DNA of 47,089 nt from Candidatus Hodarchaeota archaeon (GTDB lineage Archaea; Asgardarchaeota; Heimdallarchaeia; Hodarchaeales; Hodarchaeaceae). Numbering within the stretch: position 1 is the first letter of the stretch; each line of letters begins with the position of its first letter. Where the stretch lies: positions 1 through 47,089 of the forward strand of contig JAHQWW010000020.1 of NCBI GenBank assembly GCA_029856365.1, read 5' to 3'. The notes under the pieces are model-generated. The model ran no database searches and was not told where the DNA came from. It saw nothing but the letters and a program-made list of their open reading frames with translations. Of this stretch, positions 1-10,671 are shown piece by piece. The position numbers and the translations under genes were made by a program.

Positions 1-247
1 TTCCATCGAAGTTCGCTCCCAGAAATAATGCGCCTTCCTTATATGGGGGGCCAAAATTTGTTTTTGGAAAATTAGCAACAGATGCTACGACTATTGGATA
101 TTCCATTGGCTTTAATGGAGAAGGGAGAAGTTTTTCGATAACTTCATCTTTTGTGAACAACAATACAAGTAACACTTCTGCCTCATAATAAGCATATTCT
201 TTTTTCAAAAGTTATTGAACTTCTTCAGGTGTTTTAACAAAATTCAT
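1..247 (-). pseudogene. Acetoacetate decarboxylase-family gene, 5' part (runs off window), with an in-frame TAA at codon 12
   Basis: Manual translation from ATG at 247: MNFVKTPEEVQ*LLKKEYAYYEAEVLLVLLFTKDEVIEKLLPSPLKPMEYPIVVASVANFPKTNFGPPYKEGALFLGANFDG. LLPxPLKP...ANFPxTNFG..YxE matches ADC-like family N-termini. Strong GGAGGAG RBS at 254-260. Stop at 212-214. Confidence 0.65.
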
Positions 248-302
248 ATATTTCTCCTCCTTAACCATTTAAAATCAGATTTATGGTTTATAAATTCTTG
301 GT

Positions 303-1709
303 TGATGAGTAACTTCGACAAGCTTACCTTTTTAAACCTAACGTATTCATTCGTCACATTTTTCTCACCTGACCTTTAAAAAAGTTTTTCTCCAATCAAA
401 TAGCAATCTGGCCAGGGTTCCAGATCAGAATAACGTAAATCCTCTAGTAACAAAGTTAAATGATCTTGCCAGCGAGGGAATCCTAGCAATAACAAATAAT
501 AGACCAGAACAATCTGTAATAAAGTCACCAAGAGACAATGGGTCACGAAGCTCATCCAGGTTGTTCCCAAAGGCTGTTTAATTGTCGTCTGTTGTTTCAT
601 CCATTGAAACAGGGTTTCGATCCCCCAGCGTTCCGTTTGGAGCTGAAGAATTGTTAAGGGGTCTAAATCGAGGTTTCCAGTAAATACATCCCAAATTTTC
701 CCAGTTATAGGATCAGGGATGCCAATAATGCGACGCCACGGCTGATTATTACTCGAAGACCAGACCAGTAGTTCTAACGGTTCATTTTCGGATTTTGGAA
801 AATCAAGGATTTCTAGTTGGATTCCAATTAGGGTGCGATTCTTCCAAGGGATAGTCCAACCCCACCCTTGGCGATCCAACTCGTGAAAGCGTTCTTTTTT
901 CCAGTACCCCCGATCAAAGACCAAGAAAGGACGAGGATGATCAGTAAAAGAATTGAATGACAGCCAACTCGCTATTTCTTCTGTTTCATTCAATAAAACG
1001 TCAGCTACGGGAGATTCATGTTCATGACCTTGCGAAGGACCATAGTTGACAATGACTCCCTGAATTCCGTCTTGGACTGTGTGTAATCGAGCACTTGGAA
1101 GAGCTTTCTTTTCAGAAGCAACGTATCCCCAAGTAACATAAGGATAACGATCAGGAGAGAGCTTTAAACTAGTACAGTCTACCCGAAAAGGATAGTAACC
1201 ATGTTGTAGGAGGGTAAGCTGAGCATATGATGGCATAAAAGGGATTTTCTTCCGTGAAAGTGGAATTAACTGTTGATAGGTCTGGAATGTTCTCACTAAC
1301 ACTTCCTGAATCCGTTGGTCGGGAATTTTCCGTGAGTACTGTCCTTGAGTCGGCACGTTTCCGTTTAGACTACAAATGGCTTGCCAAAGGTGGTTTTGTT
1401 CGAATTGACGGACAAACTGTCTCACCTTATGGAATTTATGGATTTGCATGAGGAAAAAGCTTTTTATCCACTGTTCCGTGGTGAATTCTTTCCGATACTG
1501 GTCTGCGTCGGTCTCCTGAATGTGTTTCGTGAGAATACGGGTCAGATGAGTAGTTTTAAAAACTTGGACTGTCCGTGAGGGATAGTGACGGAGTCCGTTT
1601 TTTAACGCATGTATTTCTTGTTTAAGAGACATAGAAAGACATTTGACTCAGAAGTTAAATGCTTATGGGTCAGCTCCGTCATTACTCCCCGTATGTGACT
1701 TACTCATCA
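303..1709 (-). mobile_element. IS4-family insertion sequence (putative extent)
   Basis: The transposase ORF is bracketed by a perfect 10-bp inverted repeat, TGATGAGTAA (303-312) / TTACTCATCA (1700-1709). No target-site duplication was recognised. Confidence 0.6.
376..1632 (-). CDS. IS4-family DDE transposase
   Basis: Motifs RVDCTSL (D1), ARLHTV, HES, LVFDRGY (D2) and ERWGIETLFQWMKQ (YREK-like, catalytic E). Confidence 0.9.
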   Translation of the reverse strand: MSLKQEIHALKNGLRHYPSRTVQVFKTTHLTRILTKHIQETDADQYRKEFTTEQWIKSFFLMQIHKFHKVRQFVRQFEQNHLWQAICSLNGNVPTQGQYSRKIPDQRIQEVLVRTFQTYQQLIPLSRKKIPFMPSYAQLTLLQHGYYPFRVDCTSLKLSPDRYPYVTWGYVASEKKALPSARLHTVQDGIQGVIVNYGPSQGHEHESPVADVLLNETEEIASWLSFNSFTDHPRPFLVFDRGYWKKERFHELDRQGWGWTIPWKNRTLIGIQLEILDFPKSENEPLELLVWSSSNNQPWRRIIGIPDPITGKIWDVFTGNLDLDPLTILQLQTERWGIETLFQWMKQQTTIKQPLGTTWMSFVTHCLLVTLLQIVLVYYLLLLGFPRWQDHLTLLLEDLRYSDLEPWPDCYLIGEKLF

Positions 1710-1912
1710 TTCGAGTTATAAATTATTCTTTCTATTTATATAAATGAATTAGAATTGGAGACAAATTTTGATTCGAGGACCTTCTTTTCAAAAGTATTTC
1801 TTTGCAACAAAGTACCTTCATTGAATGTAAGTTACCAAATTACTAGCAAGAATTCTCGCTACTAATTATTAATTTTCAATAAAAATTAAGAATAGTTCTG
1901 AAGATACATTGG

Positions 1913-2185
1913 TTATATGTCGTTATTACGGCAAAAATCAAATATAACTAGCATTTTACGACATTTCTCTGTGTATATCATATTCCATAACTGCGACAAT
2001 CTGTTTCTCTCCTCATTTGTGATGAATTTATCTTTCCATGCTTCGTTATATTCATCTATGAAATCGTCAACCAGTTTTTTAGTTGTTGTGATAATAATGT
2101 TTTCCTTTTCTGCAATATAACCATCAAGAAGGGCTATATCAATTAAATCTTTAATGAATAATTCAGTTTTGGCTTTTTTATCAAG
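1913..2185 (-). pseudogene. Start-less relic of a small TerB-like helical protein
   Basis: A 91-codon open frame after a TAG: LDKKAKTELFIKDLIDIALLDGYIAEKENIII...EAWKDKFITNEERNRL. It has two A.xDGxIxxxE-like motifs typical of TerB-like helical hairpins and no usable 5' start codon. Confidence 0.35.
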
Positions 2186-2473
2186 CTAATTACTTGATTT
2201 ATCCGATTAAAGAAAAATTCGTTATCAATTTATAAGATGAGGTATCATTTAACATCCTTACTAAGTTCATTATCCTTAGAAATAGTTAATTTTTCATCAA
2301 AGAATTCTAATCTCTTATTCTCCCTTTTTTAATGATCAGATGAAAATAAACAGCTTCTATTAATTTTTTTAACCACTTCTTACATTAACTCTTTGTTAGA
2401 GTCTTAATAACACTTTTCTGCAACAAAAATATTTTATGTAAATGTTACCTTTAGAAGAATTGACATTTTTTCT

Positions 2474-5245
2474 TTGAGATGGTTATTTATGAAAATAAAC
2501 GTTGGAGTATTCTCATTAATATTTTTGGTATCCATTCTATCAACAAACTTCAATAATAATGCAATTTTACCTCACTGTTCTGATTTAACAGAAGATCCAT
2601 TATTTGAAAACAGATCTAGCATACAATCGATATCTGATTATGAAATTAGAATAAATGGGAATGAAAATTTCACAGCCAAAGCTTTATCTGAAGGTTGGCC
2701 TGGAAATGGATCACAATCCAATCCTTATCTGCTCTCAGGATTAAGTATAACTTACATACTAAGAATCTCTCATGTTAATTGCTATTTTATAGTGAGTGAT
2801 TCTTCAATGAATGCTCTCAGGTTTGATGATGTAAGGAATGGTCAAATAATACACAATGACTGTAATGAAATGTACTTATATAGTTCTTCTAAGAACCGTA
2901 TCATTAATAATACTATTGATTATCTTAGTTTCCACCAGTCTTTTGAAAATCATATCGTTAATAACACTCTTAGTGGCTTAATTGAATTCGACCAATCAAC
3001 TGATAATACAATAAAGGGAAATCAATTCACTGAAAAGGAAGGTGGATTACATTTCTACGGCCACGATCTTGATTCCTATATGCAAAGAGAAGTAATAAAT
3101 AATTCTATCAAAGGCAAATCAATTCTTTATTGGAAAAATAAGGTTAACGAATCAATTTCTTCTATAGACGTAGGACGACTTATCCTTGTCAATTGTAGTC
3201 GAATAAAGGTTACTAACATCAATCTAACAGGCTTATTTTGCCATTTTTGCGATCATATTGAAATCTTCAATATTATTCTAGAGGATCGCCTTTATTTAGT
3301 GTATTCATCCAGTTGTAACATTAGTAATATTAGCGGGGATATTGATTTAATACATTCAAACAATAATAGTGTGAGAAATAATTTTCTGGAGGAGTATTCA
3401 ATAGTAAGTTTATCCACTGATAATAGTTTCATTAATAACACTATCAATTGGTACTGGACCTATGAAAATTATGGTTCTTATAATCGTCATTATTATTATG
3501 GTTTCCCGTGGGGTTGGGAATATTTGGGCAGTGCAATTGAGGTTCATTCTTCTCATAATAATATCTTCGTTAATAATACCTTCCCCGGAAGGCATTATAG
3601 GGGAGCCATTTGGCTAAGCTTGTCTCATAACAACCTTATAACCCGTAATATTCTTCCGAAGGGTGGTGATTTTAAGTTAAGCTCTTCATTTAATAACACT
3701 CTTTCTCATAATATTTTGCTGGATATAATTAATGATCGTGGAAAGTTTATTTTTTTACGGAATTCTACAAAGAATAAGATTATCAGTAATAATCTCAGTA
3801 GTATTGAATTTTACGATTCTTCCCTTAATATTATTAAAGACAATCTCCTAAGGAGTGAAGTAGTCATTGGAGGAGCAACCATTGAATCGTATATACAAGC
3901 AGAAGTAATAAATAATTCTGTCAACGGCAAACCCCTTCTTTATTGCTATAGTAAAGTCAATGAAACTATTCCGGTAGGAGCAGGACAAATTCTCTTGATT
4001 AATTGCAGCATGATTTCCATCTCCAACCAGGTTGATTGTGGGATCTTTATTCATCATAGTCAACAACTTAAAATTCATAACAATTTTTTTAATTCCACCA
4101 ACAGTAGAATATTCTTGGAAAGTTCCCTTAACTGTATCATTACCAATAACACTATCAATGAAGGCGAGTTTCATGGAATTAGTTTGTCAGCCTCCACAAA
4201 CTGTAGTATTAGCAATAATAGCCTCATAACAAGAGGCCTCATATATTCATACTATCGTTATGGAATTATACTATATGAATCGTCCAATAATAATAATATT
4301 AACAACAATGAGATCAAGAATTTTAGTATTGGAATTTATCTCTGGGATGATTCGTCTAATAATCGTATCTTCGATAATACTCTCAGTAATAATGCGGGAG
4401 GAATCACTTTAGACGGGAATTCTAATAATGTAGTCTCCGATAATACTCTCAATAATAATGGGAACGGAATCGAGTTAAGTGGAGGTTCTAATAATATTAT
4501 CAAAAGAAATCTCATCCTGGAGAGTCGACGTTATGGCCTTGATATATCTGGATCAGTGAATAATATCATCTTTCTGAATAGTTTTATTAATAGTACGAGC
4601 TACCAGGCTGTCGAATGGGGAGGAGAAAACTATGAAGATAATACAATGGATAATTGGTTCTTTTACAATTACTGGTCTGATTGGACTGGTCCAGATGATA
4701 ATCATGATAATATTGTAGATGTACCATACATCATTGGCATTGGAGGTTATCCAACAGGTGATAAACCTCAATATAGTCAAGATTCTTATCCTTTATCTAT
4801 CTCCCCACATTCACAATTTCGTGTACTCATACCACCCAATCTTATGGTCCCAAATGGTCGAGAAATTATCAAGGAATCTGTTTCTATCAGCTGGTATCCT
4901 GCATACGACACCTTTGGTCATCCTGCTAGTTACACACTTTATTTCTCTAATGATTCTGGTAACAACTGGATTTTTTTAACTCAAGACCTTATTACAACAG
5001 AATTCTTATGGGACGTGTCTAAACTCCCTTCAGGGTCATTTTACATGATAAAAGTGGTTGCTAACTTTAAAGATGGAGCTTCTGTAAGTGATATCTCAGA
5101 TGAACCCTTTATTATTCTGAATACCTTTACAACTACAAGTACGACAACAAGTGTAGCAGCTTCCCCATTTTTTAATTTTTCACTGGTTTTATTGGTTGGA
5201 TTAATATTAGGAATGAGTCGAAAACTATTTAGGAGAAAAAAATGA
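2474..5245 (+). CDS. Cell-surface right-handed parallel beta-helix (NosD/CASH-type) protein with C-terminal Thr-rich linker and membrane anchor
   Basis: N-terminal signal sequence (start probably ATG 2489). Contains GWPGNGSQSNPY, many SxNNxIxNN repeats, NYWSDWTGPDxNxDxIVDxPY, an Fn3-like PNGREI...YFSNDSGNNW domain, then TTTSTTTS + TM + RKLFRRKK. Confidence 0.85.
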   Translation: MRWLFMKINVGVFSLIFLVSILSTNFNNNAILPHCSDLTEDPLFENRSSIQSISDYEIRINGNENFTAKALSEGWPGNGSQSNPYLLSGLSITYILRISHVNCYFIVSDSSMNALRFDDVRNGQIIHNDCNEMYLYSSSKNRIINNTIDYLSFHQSFENHIVNNTLSGLIEFDQSTDNTIKGNQFTEKEGGLHFYGHDLDSYMQREVINNSIKGKSILYWKNKVNESISSIDVGRLILVNCSRIKVTNINLTGLFCHFCDHIEIFNIILEDRLYLVYSSSCNISNISGDIDLIHSNNNSVRNNFLEEYSIVSLSTDNSFINNTINWYWTYENYGSYNRHYYYGFPWGWEYLGSAIEVHSSHNNIFVNNTFPGRHYRGAIWLSLSHNNLITRNILPKGGDFKLSSSFNNTLSHNILLDIINDRGKFIFLRNSTKNKIISNNLSSIEFYDSSLNIIKDNLLRSEVVIGGATIESYIQAEVINNSVNGKPLLYCYSKVNETIPVGAGQILLINCSMISISNQVDCGIFIHHSQQLKIHNNFFNSTNSRIFLESSLNCIITNNTINEGEFHGISLSASTNCSISNNSLITRGLIYSYYRYGIILYESSNNNNINNNEIKNFSIGIYLWDDSSNNRIFDNTLSNNAGGITLDGNSNNVVSDNTLNNNGNGIELSGGSNNIIKRNLILESRRYGLDISGSVNNIIFLNSFINSTSYQAVEWGGENYEDNTMDNWFFYNYWSDWTGPDDNHDNIVDVPYIIGIGGYPTGDKPQYSQDSYPLSISPHSQFRVLIPPNLMVPNGREIIKESVSISWYPAYDTFGHPASYTLYFSNDSGNNWIFLTQDLITTEFLWDVSKLPSGSFYMIKVVANFKDGASVSDISDEPFIILNTFTTTSTTTSVAASPFFNFSLVLLVGLILGMSRKLFRRKK

Positions 5246-5285
5246 TTAATTATAATTATTTAAACTCCAGAGAGGTATAAAGAGT

Positions 5286-6677
5286 ATGGAAATACAGCTG
5301 AATAAGCATTTCCTATTTATAATTCTCTTTTGTACATCATTTCTTTGGTACCCCATCGATTTTCAGTGTTGTGGGCTAAATCATAATAATTCTACTATTA
5401 TCAACACTGAATTGAATATTAATCGTGCTGTTCTATCTTATGATATCGGGCCATTTGGAGAATATTACTGTTCCTTTAATCTTGAAGCTCTTGGAAATAA
5501 CTTCACTGAAAATGGAAATTTAAGTGGAGAATTTAGACTTTATGGAAATACATTGAGCGATTTCGTATTGAGTGGTCCTGATTTCCTTATGGATCTAAGC
5601 CAAACTCATGTCGATAGTTATTCACTCATCTCTTTCTCTTCTGAAAATTTTACGATTCCCGAAGGAACTCCTTTCAATATTTCGGGTAGTTATTATGGTA
5701 AATTCACTTCTAATACCTCAAATCTATATTCTTTTGATTTAGGAGTTGATTGGGGATGTATGATTGGTTTTCAACGTGCTAGTATTAGATTCAGGGATCA
5801 ATATACTCTCATTACGCAAGGATTGAAACCTTCTTCAACCATTTCGATTAATTTAGGTGTTATTAAATTAATATGGAGTGAAACTAGTGTACAAGATTTT
5901 AACACTAAGCTCTTTTTAAGAAAGGAATCAAATGATTATTTAGAACTCTATGATTTATGGAATGCGACTTATGGGACCTATCGGGAAGTAATCATTCAAA
6001 ATGAGGAACTTTTCACGATTGAAGGGAATATAATCTGTCCAACATGGATTACCACAAATATTTCCTATTTTAAATTGGCATCAGCCCAAAAGATTTGCAT
6101 TCGTTGCGCAATTAACTCATTGGCCACTCCTGAGATGACTGGACATATTGAAATCATTATTAATCTCGAATCTACTATTGGTATTCAGAAGAGTATTAAG
6201 AAAATTCTTATTCCTGTCATTGTTATCCAGAACAAATCAACTAGACTATTTTCTCCATTTCTTGAAATCCTTACAATTATGACTGTAATTGCTCTTCTTG
6301 GAGTCATTATCTATAAAAAAGATAATCTTACGAATTTAAAAACAAAATCTAAGCAATACATAAACTATTTTCAAACTCGGAAATCCATTTCATCATATAA
6401 CAATGAATCCGCTATTATCCTTAATCCTGAGGAGAAAGATTTCCACTGGCAATCGATTCAAACTAAATGGGAAACTATTCTATCTGAAAACGAATTAAAA
6501 GTTATTGAAGTTTTGTATAGTGAAGGAATCATGAATCAAAAATCCTTAGCAGAGGAATTAGATCTTACTCCTATGTCCATCTCCCGAGTTGTCTCTCGAC
6601 TTGAAACAAAACGTCTCGTTACGAGGAAACAGTTAGGTATTTCAAAAATGATTAAATTAAAGAGGGATCATTTATGA
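5286..6677 (+). CDS. Membrane-tethered transcriptional regulator (extracellular domain, TM, C-terminal MarR-like wHTH)
   Basis: N-terminal hydrophobic signal, TM ILTIMTVIALLGVIIY, and C-terminal LSENELKVIEVL...MNQKSLAEELDLTPMSISRVVSRLETKRLVTRKQLG. Confidence 0.8.
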   Translation: MEIQLNKHFLFIILFCTSFLWYPIDFQCCGLNHNNSTIINTELNINRAVLSYDIGPFGEYYCSFNLEALGNNFTENGNLSGEFRLYGNTLSDFVLSGPDFLMDLSQTHVDSYSLISFSSENFTIPEGTPFNISGSYYGKFTSNTSNLYSFDLGVDWGCMIGFQRASIRFRDQYTLITQGLKPSSTISINLGVIKLIWSETSVQDFNTKLFLRKESNDYLELYDLWNATYGTYREVIIQNEELFTIEGNIICPTWITTNISYFKLASAQKICIRCAINSLATPEMTGHIEIIINLESTIGIQKSIKKILIPVIVIQNKSTRLFSPFLEILTIMTVIALLGVIIYKKDNLTNLKTKSKQYINYFQTRKSISSYNNESAIILNPEEKDFHWQSIQTKWETILSENELKVIEVLYSEGIMNQKSLAEELDLTPMSISRVVSRLETKRLVTRKQLGISKMIKLKRDHL

Positions 6678-6815
6678 TTTTTCACTATTTTTTATTAGTA
6701 TAGAAAATGTGTTTATTATTGTATGTAGTGATGTAGAAGGTCTTCAAACAATGATTTGACGACATTACTACAAATAATAATTAAAATAACAAAGTGGATT
6801 GATTATAATCTAGTT

Positions 6816-8879
6816 TCAAAAGCGACCTCGGTGTCTTGCTATCACTTTTAGAATCTGTTTTTTTCCCGCATCTGTCAGAACTAATGAATTGTCTTGCTTC
6901 TGGATTAATTTATTCTCAAAAAGAGAGTTAATTTGTTGATGTAGACTCTCTTGGTCATGAGAATAATTAATAGTGAAACTATCCCCCTGACTGTGGTACA
7001 ATGTAATAGGGCTGAATTTATGATCAAAAGCTGACTCTAACATGTTCAACTGATTTGTACCATTTAAGATTTGGTAAAGAACCCAATTTCCTAGCATATG
7101 ATCTTGGAAACTGCTGTATGATTTCCATACACCCAATTTATACTTTTCATAATCAATTGTTTCTCCCTGACTCACACTACGTAAATCTTGATATATCTCA
7201 TATGCGCCCTTCAGTATTATAAATCCAATAAAACATCCAACCAATCCGTCAAATATGTAAATTTGGTAATAGTCAGCCCCTATGGCAATAAGCACCAACA
7301 GTGCGTTTAAAACATGATTTTTACTATCTTCAGATTGCGCTAAAATGGCAAGGTTTTGATTAATATAGCCACTATATCGTTGATAAAGATAAAGGCAAAT
7401 ACAGAGAATAATAGAAAGAATGGCTATTGTAATTGCGAGCATTTCTTCTGCTAGGGCCACAGGATGTAGAATTCGATTAATACTTGAGAATACGACACCA
7501 ATTCCTGTAAAAACCATAAGCCCGACTAAAATATAGGTTGCTTGGGTTTCCTTTTTGATCTTCATAGATAACCCTACGATGATTGAGGATACCCCATCAA
7601 TTGCTGAATCTAATCCATCTCCCAGAAGACTAATGCTTCCAGTGATTACGAAGCCTATTAGTTTAAGAAACCCTAAAATTAAGTGTAATATGAGAGAAAA
7701 TATCGGGGATATCGCTGGCTTTGTTAATGAGAAGATAAATTGTAAAAACTGGATCATTTTCTTTACTGCATCATCAGCAGGCTGTTTTCCTTTCTCTGTT
7801 AATGAATAGATTCCTTCTTCTTTCTTAATAATTCCTTTCTTTTCCAGATGCGTTAATCCAATTTCATTCCACCATGTATGAGTAGGATTTCTAGCTTCTT
7901 CAAGAAACATTGGTGCCCCAAAAAACATCGCAATTCTACCATCTATATCTAAAATTTCATGGTAGCTATAAGCTCTCTCATTAAGAAACATGAGAACATG
8001 TCTGGTGTAGCGTCCTAGATTTATCCTGATTGCCTCTCCCATTATTATTATACCATATGACAGGGCAATTAACCCTTCAAAAAAAAATAAACCAAATAAT
8101 TCAGCGACAATAGGGAATAATGCTAATGCAGGAAGAAAAATATCACCCTTAACTTTTTTTGTATAAACCAATAGATTAAGACTGTTATTTACTGAGGAAG
8201 CAAACCGTAAATACAGAAATAATGATAACCCAATGAGTATTGCAACAGCAACATAGAGAAAAGAAAGTTCTAGATTTATACCTCCACCTGGATTTAGAAT
8301 CAGAAGAATTCCAGCTATGAAGAACGATGCTCCTGTGAGTATGTAGAAAACCTGAATGATTCGGATCAGGATGGTTTCATGCTTTACTTTAATAGCAAAA
8401 TTTACTACAGCTATTGTTAATATTCCAAAAATTGAGCTAAAACTATCAGAGAAGAATATTAAATTGCCTGTGTGTATGTATCCTATTATTTTAACTAGCC
8501 ATAAAACCAGAGATCCTGTTAATAAAATAAAAAAGGAAAGTCTACAATTTGCTAGGCCTCTTGTCCATGATTTGTAACGTTGGGTTCTTTTATGGGAAAG
8601 ATCAACTTTAGATTTACCTTTTTCGGTTAAATAATACATATAGTCTTTATTTGTCACTAATTCGTCTTCTTTGAGATATAACAGAGCTTTTTCGACTCTC
8701 AAGTCTACATTATGGAAATATCTTTGCTTATTTAACAGAAAAAAATCCCTTATACTATCAAAATCATGTGATTTTTGACCTAAAAATTCCAGAATTAACT
8801 TTCTTTCAGAATGATAAGTGAATTTAGAAGCTTTCAACCAAATATTATATAAAAAATTTCCCACGGTGTTCATTCCCAA
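6816..8879 (-). CDS. Cation diffusion facilitator (CDF)-family transporter, internally duplicated, with interspersed wHTH domains
   Basis: Second TMD has the CDF signature TGSISLLGDGLDSAIDG and AILAQSEDSKNHVLN. First TMD is a degenerate copy (TGNLIFFSDSFSS). Three wHTH wings: YYLTEKG, YSLTEKG, LVLTDAG. Confidence 0.75.
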   Translation of the reverse strand: MGMNTVGNFLYNIWLKASKFTYHSERKLILEFLGQKSHDFDSIRDFFLLNKQRYFHNVDLRVEKALLYLKEDELVTNKDYMYYLTEKGKSKVDLSHKRTQRYKSWTRGLANCRLSFFILLTGSLVLWLVKIIGYIHTGNLIFFSDSFSSIFGILTIAVVNFAIKVKHETILIRIIQVFYILTGASFFIAGILLILNPGGGINLELSFLYVAVAILIGLSLFLYLRFASSVNNSLNLLVYTKKVKGDIFLPALALFPIVAELFGLFFFEGLIALSYGIIIMGEAIRINLGRYTRHVLMFLNERAYSYHEILDIDGRIAMFFGAPMFLEEARNPTHTWWNEIGLTHLEKKGIIKKEEGIYSLTEKGKQPADDAVKKMIQFLQFIFSLTKPAISPIFSLILHLILGFLKLIGFVITGSISLLGDGLDSAIDGVSSIIVGLSMKIKKETQATYILVGLMVFTGIGVVFSSINRILHPVALAEEMLAITIAILSIILCICLYLYQRYSGYINQNLAILAQSEDSKNHVLNALLVLIAIGADYYQIYIFDGLVGCFIGFIILKGAYEIYQDLRSVSQGETIDYEKYKLGVWKSYSSFQDHMLGNWVLYQILNGTNQLNMLESAFDHKFSPITLYHSQGDSFTINYSHDQESLHQQINSLFENKLIQKQDNSLVLTDAGKKQILKVIARHRGRF

Positions 8880-9034
8880 GAATAAGTTCTGTTCATTTTC
8901 CCGAAATGGATTGTATAAAAGTTATCATTTAGGCAGAAAATAGTAGCAAAGAAAACAGATTTTAAATCACTAATAACTGTACATTGTCGAACCTATGTAA
9001 TAATCGAAAGGAAAAGCCAATCGATCATTTTTAG

Positions 9035-10510
9035 ATGATATCAGTGAAAAAACGAATAAATCAGAAAAAAGTGGAATTTGGTGATTTTCAAACCCCCATC
9101 GAATTAGCAGCAAAGATTGTCAATCATTTGAAAGAAATGAAGATCACCCCTGCTTCTATCATCGAACCAACATGTGGAACTGGCTCATTTATTATTGCGT
9201 CACTAAAATCATTTTCAGACGCAAAGATTCTCGGATTTGATGTTAATTCTAAATACATAAATTCTCTATCGGAACAATTAACGCAAGATAATACCTCAAA
9301 AAGAGTAGAACTTCACCAGGCAGACTTTTTCAAAACAGATTGGCAAGAAAAGATAAGAGAGCTTACTGAACCAGTGTTAATATTAGGAAATCCTCCATGG
9401 GTAACATCTTCAGGAATTAGTGTCTTAGGTGGAACTAATATTCCTGAAAAGTGTAATATTTATAGTTATCAAGGATTAGATACTAAAACTGGGAAAAGTA
9501 ATTTTGATATCTCTGAATGGATGATAATAGAGCTCTTAAAAGCTTTAAATGGACATTTAGGTACTCTTGCTATGCTTTGTAAAGTTACTGTTGCACGAAA
9601 AATATTGATGTATGCTAAAAAAGAAAAATTAATGGTTTTTTCTTCGAAAATACATCTTATTGATGCTAAAGAGTATTTTGACGCCTCTGTTGATGCGTGT
9701 TTATTCATCTGTAACTTAAGACCTGAATCACATAATTATTATTCTCAAGTTTATGAGAAATTTGATTCAACCAACCCAATTCAAGAAATTGGATATATTG
9801 ATGAAAGAATGGTAGCAAATATATCATTATATAAAAAGTGGAAACACTTACTTGGGGAAGGTACTTACGTTTGGCGTTCAGGGATCAAACATGATTGTGC
9901 AAGAGTGATGGAACTAAAAAGAAAAGAGAATAGATTTCTTAACGGATTTGGAACAAATGTTACTATTGAAGATGATTATATTTACCCAATGCTTAAAAGT
10001 TCTGATTTAGCTAATGACCGAACCAAGAATATTGAGCGATGGATGATTGTTACACAGAAGTCTATCGGAGAAGATACATCTACTATCCAACAGAAGGCTC
10101 CTTTAACATGGGAATATTTGGAGAAGAATGCACATCTTTTTGAGAATCGAGCAAGCAGCATATATTGGAATCGTCCTCAATATTCTATATTTGGTGTCGG
10201 AAGTTACACGTTCTCTCCTTGGAAGGTTGCGATTTCTGGTTTTTATAAAGATCTGAAATTCAGATTAATAGGCCCGTTTGAAAAAAAACCTGTTGTATTT
10301 GATGATACTTGTTACTTCATTCCAGCCAAATCGTTGGAGGAAGCATCAATGCTTCATTCTATATTGAATCATCCAATTGCACACGAATTCTATCATTCTT
10401 TCATCTATTGGGACGCAAAAAGACCAATCACAAAACAAATTCTACAACAACTAGATTTGAAAAAATTATGCCCTGAAATTGGTTATCCTAGACTTCTGGA
10501 TTTCAAGTGA
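9035..10510 (+). CDS. N6-adenine DNA methyltransferase (gamma-type motif order), orphan
   Basis: FGDFQTP, motif I IEPTCGTGSF, motif IV GNPPW and a C-terminal TRD-like region. No adjacent REase. Confidence 0.88.
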   Translation: MISVKKRINQKKVEFGDFQTPIELAAKIVNHLKEMKITPASIIEPTCGTGSFIIASLKSFSDAKILGFDVNSKYINSLSEQLTQDNTSKRVELHQADFFKTDWQEKIRELTEPVLILGNPPWVTSSGISVLGGTNIPEKCNIYSYQGLDTKTGKSNFDISEWMIIELLKALNGHLGTLAMLCKVTVARKILMYAKKEKLMVFSSKIHLIDAKEYFDASVDACLFICNLRPESHNYYSQVYEKFDSTNPIQEIGYIDERMVANISLYKKWKHLLGEGTYVWRSGIKHDCARVMELKRKENRFLNGFGTNVTIEDDYIYPMLKSSDLANDRTKNIERWMIVTQKSIGEDTSTIQQKAPLTWEYLEKNAHLFENRASSIYWNRPQYSIFGVGSYTFSPWKVAISGFYKDLKFRLIGPFEKKPVVFDDTCYFIPAKSLEEASMLHSILNHPIAHEFYHSFIYWDAKRPITKQILQQLDLKKLCPEIGYPRLLDFK

Positions 10511-10671
10511 AATTTGAACTCACAATTTCAGGGAATTCCACAGTGCCCTATTTGCATAGAGGTAGGGTGTTGATCATTGTGGATTGATCGCGCCTTTTCC
10601 AGAGAGTTGTCTTAGTATAGCAAGGTTCCTTTGTACATCTGAATGATGGATTTAATGCATGAATCACTGCC

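Noticed and set aside
212-214. In-frame TAA as evidence of an alternative genetic code
   Set aside because: TAA is the normal stop for many intact genes in the window. A nonsense mutation or sequencing error is simpler.
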